From the NCBI GenBank assembly GCA_018812585.1, contig JAHJDJ010000312.1:1-44518 (forward strand): a DNA stretch of 44,518 bases, given 5' to 3'. Source of the DNA: a bacterium. GTDB lineage: Bacteria > Electryoneota > B3-LCP. This document shows, in pieces, positions 1 through 7,110 of this stretch (positions are counted from its first letter, which is position 1; the number at the start of each line of letters is the position of its first letter). The notes beneath the pieces are model-generated. The model saw only the letters and a list, made by a program, of their open reading frames with translations, searched no databases and was not told the DNA's origin. Position numbers and translations under genes: made by a program.

Positions 1-76
1 CAGCAGAGGAATATATTTATCTAAAACACTTTTTGAAAAAGCGTAGATTCCTGCATTGACACTTGTTACGTTTAGC

Positions 77-217
77 TCATCCAAAGAAGCATCTTTTTGA
101 ACGCGTGGAATTGACGTGCACAACCGACAGTCCCGCCAGCGGCTTGGCCAACTGACGAAGGGGATCCACCACGTCCGCACCGACCACCGCCGTATAGTCT
201 TCGAGAGTCGCTTTCAT
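77..217 (-). pseudogene. 5' fragment of a TreT-like (trehalose glycosyltransferring synthase type, GT4) glycosyltransferase gene, truncated after about 38 codons
   Basis: My own minus-strand translation from the ATG at 217 gives MKATLEDYTAVVGADVVDPLRQLAKPLAGLSVVHVNST, then RSKRCFFG and a stop at 77-79. The LEDY..(I/V)G...HVNST start is the N-terminal signature I recall for TreT-type enzymes, where GGGVAE normally follows HVNST. Here AT-rich DNA follows instead. The ATG lies 3 nt after the stop of the upstream gene (221-223). The ORF is under 60 aa, so it is absent from the ORF track. Confidence 0.45.
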
Positions 218-220
218 AAG

Positions 221-898
221 TCAGTTTTCCAAGTAGTCTTGTACGACGGCGGTCAACCGCGCCCGAAGATCGGCCAAAGATCCGAAATACGGCTCGACGG
301 CTGCCAGACGGTCGCTCAGGGTCTGATGTTCCGTCCCGAAATTCTCCAGCCACGAGCGGAAATCATCCACTCGCATCGGTGGGCGACGACGCGCGTCAAT
401 GAAATGGTAAAAGATGCTGCCTACGGAGAGATACGGCAACGCCTCGCCAAGCTCCTTGACGGTGTGAATCCGACGGTGAGTGTTGAGGACGACGATTTGA
501 CCGCGGGTGAAAGAGAATGGCCGGTCTACCTGCACCCAACTCAGATGATCGCGCTGCGCAAGCCTCGCCTCGACGATATCCACGATTTCCGAGCGCAAAT
601 CTTCGAGGTCGGGGAAGAACGTTGGATCGAGTATTCCCAGTTGTTCCGATAACTCCTGATCGTGGAGACCGCGACTTACCCAGGAAGCGAAGTCATTCTG
701 AAACTCCGGTTCGTCGAACTGGGCGGCCAATCGTCCTCCCCAGAAATGCTGGTAGATGCTCTCGATCTCGACTTCCCGCAGATGCGCGTTGAATTCGCGC
801 AGAGTATGCGCGTGTCTCCCCGTGGCAAGCGTAATTTGCGAGCAGTCTTTTACGGCGAATGGTTCCGCCATGAGCGGCAACCTCCCTTGGATTTTCAC
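221..898 (-). CDS. Conserved hypothetical protein with an internal tandem duplication (resembles the family I recall as DUF5752)
   Basis: ORF track, 225 aa. The GTG start overlaps the TGA of the upstream permease (GTGA at 895-898); an alternative ATG lies at 871. The two ~100-aa halves align with each other: HTLREFNAHL..IYQHFWGGRL..FASWVSRGL..LGILDP against HTVKELGEAL..IFYHFIDARRR..FRSWLENFG..LAAVEP. Function is unknown. Confidence 0.7.
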   Translation of the reverse strand: MKIQGRLPLMAEPFAVKDCSQITLATGRHAHTLREFNAHLREVEIESIYQHFWGGRLAAQFDEPEFQNDFASWVSRGLHDQELSEQLGILDPTFFPDLEDLRSEIVDIVEARLAQRDHLSWVQVDRPFSFTRGQIVVLNTHRRIHTVKELGEALPYLSVGSIFYHFIDARRRPPMRVDDFRSWLENFGTEHQTLSDRLAAVEPYFGSLADLRARLTAVVQDYLEN

Positions 899-3264
899 TT
901 CGTGGAGACGTCACCCCTGTTCTCGGGGGCTTCGTCGTCGGATCCGGTCTCCGCTCCGGGTGAATCGGCGGGCTTGATGATGGTTTCCATGGGAGTATGG
1001 AACCCCTCGGCCACAGCCGCCGCGGCTTCTTCCGGGCGAGTGATGAGAATCTCTTGTCCGGCCCGCACAAACAGGATATCTTGAACGGTCTTGAATCCTT
1101 GCAAGAACTCACCCTTGTCGCGGCGCATCTTTTTCAATGAAAGTCCGGTAATGACCAAATCCGCCGCGTGTGAGTGCCTGCATACGAGTTCGTCGAACGT
1201 TGTCTCAGCTTCGAGCGGAACTCGCTGAACGTTCTTGAGCGAGATGGGAATACGTCCGGTCGAGATAAGAGCGCTCAGCCGGGCGATTTCCTCGCGCATC
1301 AGTTCCGGTTGAACCGCCGCGAAAAGCTTGATTTCGCACTTGCGCCATTCCGGATGGCCGGCGATGATGTACGCCAGAATAATCATCAGATTGGCATTTC
1401 GCAAGTCGCCGGCGGTGAGCCACACGTGTATTGTACGATGATAGCCGAAGTGATGTTCCGATGAACGAAGAATGCAGACGTTGAAACGGGAGAAGGCCGC
1501 CAGCCGGAAACTCTCGATGATATCGTCAAGGTCTTCTGGATTCCGCTTGTTGAACTCGAACAGAATGCTGTTGTTCTCCATTCCGGCGATGCCCGGTAAT
1601 TGAACGATCTGGCTGACGGCCGTCTTGAAGCTCGGTGAAATGATCGTGTCCACGTAGGTTCCCGCGCCGGTTGCCTGCGTCTGGTCAATCAGCCGATGCA
1701 GCACTTCCTTCGACGTGGCATGACTCTCAACGGTCAGTTCGCCTTCCACGAAATGAATGTACGTGCCGAAACCGTAGTGATGCGAGATCCAGCGCAGCAG
1801 ATCGAAGGTCGCCAGTCGCGACAGCGAGTGACGGGTGATCGCCACGAACGAGGGCCGCCAGTTGGCCATCTCGGCCCGCGTCGTCTGTTTCTGAATCAAA
1901 ATCTGAAGCCGGCGCAGCGACTGGAAGAGCACCCCGGTAATCATCGCGGCCAGATCGCGTTCATCGCGTCTCGTCCGTCGCAGGCCGATGTAGATCAGCA
2001 CCATCGCGGTCACCGCCAGCGCGCTGTAGAGCGGCTGCATCCGGAACATGATGATGAACGCCGCCGCCGCGCCGAGCGCCGAGAAATACCAGCGGGTACG
2101 AAACGTCGGACGATAGGAAGGATTGCCCGCGAAATGCTCAAGGAAACTGATCAGACACAGCGCGCCGTAGGTGATCATGAAAAACATACTGATGAGCTGC
2201 GCGACGAAGTTCACGTTTCCGGCGGCGATCACGACCAGAACAATTGCCGCCGTGACCAGCGTGGCGGTTACCGGCTCGTTGGTGTCGCCCTTGCCTTTGC
2301 GAAGCAGGCGATTCCAGCGCGATACGGGCAGAATACGATCTACGGCCAGAGCCTGCAATGTGCGCGGCGCAACGAGAATCGAGCCGATTGCCGACGAAAG
2401 CGTCGCCGCCGCAAGTCCGATGGGAATAATCGGTCCCCAAACGGCCACTCGTGCCATGAAAAACTGATCCGACGCCATCTCCTCGGGCGAACCGCTATAG
2501 GACATTTTCACACAGATCAGCAGATACACGATCATCCCGACCACGGTTGCGGCCAGCGTGCCCAATGGGATGGAGCGTCGCGGATTGCGTAAGTCTCCCG
2601 AAAGTCCCACCCCGGCGGTCATGCCCGTGAAGGCGGGGAAGATGATCGCAAACACCTTGAAGAAGTCGTCGGGGTCCGCCACGTGTCCGAACAGGGGTAT
2701 CTCGGTCGGCGCACCGGGCGTGGGACGGCCGAGAAAGAACATGCCCAGTGCCACGGCCAGGATCGCCGCCACCACCCACAACACTCCCACGCCGACTCCC
2801 GCGCCCTTGCGAATGATGAAGGCCAGCAGAATGACCGCCGCCGGGAGCGACACCATGCGCGGATCGGGCATGAATCCGGTGTGGCTCTCGATGACGGCAA
2901 AGACCGGACGGAAAGCCTCCGCGAACGCGATCAGATAGAAGGCAACCGAGATGGCCTGCGAAAGATAGAGGGAAATGCCGATCGCTCCGCCCACGGTGGC
3001 TCCGAACGAGCGGCTGACGATGTAGTATTCGCCGCCGCCTTCCACTTTGAGATTGGTGGCGATCTCCGCTACGGCCAGTCCGGTCGGGATGGTTACCAGA
3101 TGGCCAAGCAGTATGACCAGCACCGCGCCGAACATCCCCACGTGTCCGACGGCATAGCCGAAACGGAGGAACAGGATCGCGCCGAGAATCGTACTGATAG
3201 CAGCCAGAAAGACCGGGGCGGTCCCAAAACCGTGTCCGGTTGTGCGCAGCCGGGATCTATTCAT
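895..3264 (-). CDS. APC-superfamily permease of the SLC12 / cation-chloride-cotransporter type with a large cytoplasmic C-terminal domain
   Basis: 789 aa. The N-terminal ~480 aa contain about 12 hydrophobic segments and the typical start (VFLAAISTILGAILFLRFGYAVG, EIATNLKVEGGGEYYIVSRSFG). A ~300-aa soluble C-terminal domain follows. A GGAG lies about 10 nt upstream of the ATG. The overlapping ORFs on both strands are GC-rich shadow frames. Confidence 0.85.
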   Translation of the reverse strand: MNRSRLRTTGHGFGTAPVFLAAISTILGAILFLRFGYAVGHVGMFGAVLVILLGHLVTIPTGLAVAEIATNLKVEGGGEYYIVSRSFGATVGGAIGISLYLSQAISVAFYLIAFAEAFRPVFAVIESHTGFMPDPRMVSLPAAVILLAFIIRKGAGVGVGVLWVVAAILAVALGMFFLGRPTPGAPTEIPLFGHVADPDDFFKVFAIIFPAFTGMTAGVGLSGDLRNPRRSIPLGTLAATVVGMIVYLLICVKMSYSGSPEEMASDQFFMARVAVWGPIIPIGLAAATLSSAIGSILVAPRTLQALAVDRILPVSRWNRLLRKGKGDTNEPVTATLVTAAIVLVVIAAGNVNFVAQLISMFFMITYGALCLISFLEHFAGNPSYRPTFRTRWYFSALGAAAAFIIMFRMQPLYSALAVTAMVLIYIGLRRTRRDERDLAAMITGVLFQSLRRLQILIQKQTTRAEMANWRPSFVAITRHSLSRLATFDLLRWISHHYGFGTYIHFVEGELTVESHATSKEVLHRLIDQTQATGAGTYVDTIISPSFKTAVSQIVQLPGIAGMENNSILFEFNKRNPEDLDDIIESFRLAAFSRFNVCILRSSEHHFGYHRTIHVWLTAGDLRNANLMIILAYIIAGHPEWRKCEIKLFAAVQPELMREEIARLSALISTGRIPISLKNVQRVPLEAETTFDELVCRHSHAADLVITGLSLKKMRRDKGEFLQGFKTVQDILFVRAGQEILITRPEEAAAAVAEGFHTPMETIIKPADSPGAETGSDDEAPENRGDVSTK

Positions 3265-3492
3265 AGCACAGAAGTCTCCGGTGGAAACTCAGATGCATGG
3301 AGGAACTCGAAAGGCTACGGAATAACATAGATTAATCGTCCTCGCAAACTGCATATAATTCAAAATATAGGAATAGTTTGCACAAAATCAAGCCATACAG
3401 CACTTAATAACATAATTGTCAAGCACTTATCATAGAATATCCGCACTTCTTGCCGTCCAAAACGACGTTTTATGCTATTCAGCGGGTCGCCC

Positions 3493-3522
3493 TTGACTTT
3501 GATCCGACTGGGCTTATATTAT
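3493..3522 (+). promoter_or_regulatory. Sigma-70-like promoter for tRNA-Gly
   Basis: TTGACT (3493-3498), an 18-nt spacer, then TATTAT (3517-3522). The tRNA 5' end lies 8 nt downstream of the -10 element. This is a sequence-pattern call only. Confidence 0.45.
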
Positions 3523-3530
3523 CCCCCATT

Positions 3531-3605
3531 GCGGATGTAACTCAATGGTAGAGTGTCAGCTTCCCAAGCTGGAGGTTGCGGGTTCGACTCCCGTCATCCG
3601 CTCCA
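3531..3605 (+). tRNA. tRNA-Gly, anticodon CCC, with CCA encoded
   Basis: Hand-folded cloverleaf. Acceptor GCGGATG/CATCCGC. D arm ACTC-AATGGTA-GAGT. Anticodon arm TCAGC-TTCCCAA-GCTGG. T arm GCGGG-TTCGACT-CCCGT. Discriminator U, then CCA. Confidence 0.93.
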
Positions 3606-3610
3606 ATAAA

Positions 3611-3636
3611 AACAGACTTTTAGCGGTCTGTTTTTC
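3611..3636 (+). terminator. Rho-independent terminator after tRNA-Gly
   Basis: AACAGAC (3611-3617), an 8-nt loop, then GTCTGTT (3626-3632), running into a T-tract. Confidence 0.7.
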
Positions 3637-4379
3637 ATCTCGTGACACCCTCCTAAGTCTAATATTTCACTCAAAACTTCAAAGTATTTTGCTACGGTAG
3701 CAAGTTTTCACAAGCTGTACAAAGAGAGATCCCACAACTCGCCTGGAAACAGAATTGCAATCGCCAGACGGCTCTTGTAACTTTCGCAAGTTTCGTTCTT
3801 GATGATCTGTGCCATGACGGTTCATGTCTCCGGCACTAGCAACTACAGGGATTGCGGGCGACAGCATCCTCTCAAACGCTGGATCAATCGGTATCAGCCA
3901 AAGATGCCTTCGCCTGTTATTTCGGATCGGAAATAAGACCTCTCCACTAAACTTCAGGCATGGGCAGCAGGTAATACGTTAGTACATTATAAGTTCAATA
4001 ATTACAATATTTAAATGATGGGTAGTATTATCCACAATGACCTTGAAAAGTCACAATTTTTCAATGGAAATCTGACTCGACATGCGCATATTTATTTAAC
4101 CCAAGACGTACCAGCTGGGGATTCCCCCCGTGGCAGCATCTTCGACGGAGGAAGTTGTCGCCTGATAACATGGCGCTGTCTGCTCCTAGTTTCGACCCGT
4201 TTTCTCCTCCAGTATCAGAGGATCGTGTTGATCCCATGCCCGAAGCGATCTCGACACTGTTTCTTGCTCACAAATAAGAAAACAAGAATGTGAACATTCC
4301 TCTTCGGGTACAGCATTTGGGGTCACGTCAGAGTTTAAACTGAAATCGACAATAGGTATTTGAAACGTGGACAAGTTCT

Positions 4380-5198
4380 ATGACGAAGCATAAGCAACCA
4401 GCCATTTCTGCACATACATACGATTCGATTCTTGACCTTGCGCATGTGGCATTTAGCCCCGATAGCAGTCGACCAACTACGGTTGGGTACCTCTCGCGCG
4501 GGAAACAAGCCGATGTCAAGTCAGGCGAAGACCCTTATCGTCGTAATCCTGAATCGCTACAAAATGGTCAACGCCCCACTGTTCGAATGTCGCTCATCCT
4601 TTTTACACGTCCGGAGTTAGCACTGGCAAGAGAAGAAATCATTCCGAATCTGGAGTACTATCATTATCGATCAGGACACAATATTGACATATTCTGTATG
4701 GGATTTGCAGTAGCTGGAGATGCTGATACGAGACTGAAGCGCATTTCCTTTATCACAAGCGATCTCTACACAGGCAATTCACAGAGCTGGTATTTTGATA
4801 ATGCAGCTTTCAATAGTGTGCGCGAGGATTTCGAGAATCGCACGAACCGAAAATGGAGATACAGCGGAGGCACAGATGTCATTATCCTAAATTCAATTTA
4901 TACGAATGCCTCTGATAGAGTGCATCTCGATTTTGGCCATGTCGTTTGCGTAAATCTTGAAACAGCTAAGCAAGAGAAGGCCATAGCCTCTGTCGGCTCT
5001 TTCTTCGAACGAATTATTCAGTACGCAGAAACTGCCAGCGGAGACGATCCGACATGGGGGTTTAGTGATGCAATGGGAATCACCATCGGCCAATCAGCAC
5101 TGAAGCAACTCATACTAAGCCTGTTACCTAAGTCTATTCGGACTGATATTAAGCATGCATTTCACTTCTACGTTAAAGACATATCTTTCGACGCGTAG
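4380..5198 (+). CDS. Hypothetical protein A of the tRNA-Gly-proximal cassette (no recognisable family)
   Basis: ORF track, 272 aa. The first 69 aa are low-complexity and polar. An alternative start at ATG 4587 (MSLILFTRPE...) would give ~203 aa with an alternating beta/alpha hydrophobic pattern. I could not assign any catalytic motif. No clear SD precedes either start. Confidence 0.65.
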   Translation: MTKHKQPAISAHTYDSILDLAHVAFSPDSSRPTTVGYLSRGKQADVKSGEDPYRRNPESLQNGQRPTVRMSLILFTRPELALAREEIIPNLEYYHYRSGHNIDIFCMGFAVAGDADTRLKRISFITSDLYTGNSQSWYFDNAAFNSVREDFENRTNRKWRYSGGTDVIILNSIYTNASDRVHLDFGHVVCVNLETAKQEKAIASVGSFFERIIQYAETASGDDPTWGFSDAMGITIGQSALKQLILSLLPKSIRTDIKHAFHFYVKDISFDA

Positions 5199-5286
5199 TC
5201 AATCAGGTTGAACATTCTCATGTTTGCGGCACTTTCTGTATGCGTAAAAGAAGACCGCATATTCTAAGTAGCGAGGGTTTTATCCG

Positions 5287-7110
5287 ATGAGTGTACAGCA
5301 ACTTGGCTGGACTTCACTAAATAACATGTTCTTCGTTAACGAATTTCAAGGTGATGTTCTTGACGAAGCACAAGCTCTTCTTGGAATTGAGAGACTGCCC
5401 GGAGAGTACACTACTTCGTTTAAGGCAGATACATTGACTTCCGAAGAGAATCGGAAAGCAATCCAAAGTCTTCCGAAATCGAGATTGAAGGAGTTGATTC
5501 TTGCAACATGTACCGTTGCTCACGAACACGCGCACATACAACAGATCTCAAATACAACATATGGTGTTTGGAACAGCCTTAACCAGCTCAACGTATTGGA
5601 TACTACATTCTCCGCATTGATTCGGATGCGGGAGTCTGGCATGACGAAGCTTCGTATTCCTCTGCTAGAGTGGCAGCGTTTAGAGCTTCCAGACGAGTCT
5701 TGGTCCAAAGAACTGCGGAAACTTGGATATTGGGTTGAAATCGCTTTTATGAACCAGGATCTAATGTCTGGTCGGAAAGTTCTTGCAATTTCGGACGTCA
5801 TACTAACTCAAGATCGTTTGCGTTTGCTGGATCCAAACTATCCTGTCCGATATATTTCCGAGCGAGCAGGATACGACTCCTCGCCTGCAAGGCTGACAGT
5901 CTCGCACTTACTGGAGGCTCAAGCAAGGCAAGAAGAAAAGCTGAAACTAGCGTATTGGAGAATTGCTGGTGTCCCGGAAGATCTTCTCAAAGAGATATTT
6001 TCAGAAATGCACGTAGAGGGCTATATCGAAGCGCAAGATGTTTTTAAGCGTGAATTCGTTGCGTTTTCGGAGTTGTCTTTTCAACAAGAAGTAGAATGTT
6101 ATGTTATCGCGCTGCATTTGGCATTGAGTCCAAATCTCTTTGGAAACACTTGCCATTTAAATGAACCGCAAGTTTGGGAAGAGACACAGCCGTGCTGGAG
6201 ATTCGTCGCACTGCTCGGCGAACTTAGGAATATGAACATACCCGTAAGTCCATTGCAGGAATATGCAACATTCACCGAGGATATCTGCCGTAGGCTTAAT
6301 TGGGTAACTCCGTTAGAATTAGTGCGGAATGCTGTGAAATCCAACGCTCACACAGCTGGTATTCTGGGGCCACTTGTCGACGACATCTATGATCGATATC
6401 GCTTCTTTGGCACAATCTTGACACGAAGCGGCTTACCTCTCAGTGCGAGTTACAACGGAGAGTTGTTTCAGCGTTGTATACCTTGGATGCGAGGTGACGG
6501 TGAGTCAATGGTCTTTCAGAACGTTCCTCCTGAACTGGGTGACACTGGAGCGATGGTAACTTGTCTTTCGACTCTCATTCTAGAAGAAGCACTGTGCCTC
6601 GATTCATTTTCAGATTCCAAACGTGTTCACAGGATGTTAAATCACGAAAACACGAGACTGCGCAACTGGTCTCCGGAAAAAGTTGAGCAAGAGTACGAGA
6701 GCATAGCAAGCGGAGTTCTTTCGTGCGATTTCACAAGTGTTTCTGCGTGCAAATCAGTACATCCATTTCAAGTAAGCCAAGTGTGCACAGAGCCAGATGA
6801 AGCGATTGTCAGCTTAGACGTAAAGCCACTTGACTTTGTGCGCACGAGGGCGCAAGCAGCGTCTATGGGAATCAGTTTCTTCGGAACCAGACGCATGTTC
6901 TTTGAGGGGAGTCCGGAGCCTGCGTCTCTGTTGCTAGAGCTAGAACAACAGAATCTATCGCAAGTCGCGCAGCTTCTCAAAACACTGGATGCTCTCGGAA
7001 TCCATCCGAAACTGTCTTACAGGGACGTGACTATTTCATCGACTGTTCATCATGATATTCCGGAAGTGCTCAAAACGCTACTAAGTCTGGCCAAGACGAA
7101 TGATGATTAA
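5287..7110 (+). CDS. Hypothetical protein B of the cassette; putative zincin-like metallopeptidase (single HExxH motif)
   Basis: ORF track, 607 aa. A GAGGG lies about 10 nt upstream of the ATG. HEHAH is encoded at 5521-5535 (cac gaa cac gcg cac) in the context CTVAHEHAHIQQISN. Nothing else is recognisable. Confidence 0.75.
   Translation: MSVQQLGWTSLNNMFFVNEFQGDVLDEAQALLGIERLPGEYTTSFKADTLTSEENRKAIQSLPKSRLKELILATCTVAHEHAHIQQISNTTYGVWNSLNQLNVLDTTFSALIRMRESGMTKLRIPLLEWQRLELPDESWSKELRKLGYWVEIAFMNQDLMSGRKVLAISDVILTQDRLRLLDPNYPVRYISERAGYDSSPARLTVSHLLEAQARQEEKLKLAYWRIAGVPEDLLKEIFSEMHVEGYIEAQDVFKREFVAFSELSFQQEVECYVIALHLALSPNLFGNTCHLNEPQVWEETQPCWRFVALLGELRNMNIPVSPLQEYATFTEDICRRLNWVTPLELVRNAVKSNAHTAGILGPLVDDIYDRYRFFGTILTRSGLPLSASYNGELFQRCIPWMRGDGESMVFQNVPPELGDTGAMVTCLSTLILEEALCLDSFSDSKRVHRMLNHENTRLRNWSPEKVEQEYESIASGVLSCDFTSVSACKSVHPFQVSQVCTEPDEAIVSLDVKPLDFVRTRAQAASMGISFFGTRRMFFEGSPEPASLLLELEQQNLSQVAQLLKTLDALGIHPKLSYRDVTISSTVHHDIPEVLKTLLSLAKTNDD

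Noticed and set aside
116-3330. Numerous long ORFs on both strands overlapping the permease and DUF5752-like genes, such as 116..652+, 693..1112-, 1696..2592+ and 2683..3330+.
   Set aside because: Their translations are Arg/Pro/Gly/Ala-rich with no hydrophobic structure. That is typical of shadow frames in ~65% GC DNA. The two minus-strand genes explain the region.
4015-4374. ORFs 4015..4293+ (92 aa) and 4186..4374- (62 aa) in the spacer upstream of gene A.
   Set aside because: They mutually overlap, have no RBS or motif, and have odd composition. I do not call them genes. The minus-strand one is only mentioned as possible integrase debris.
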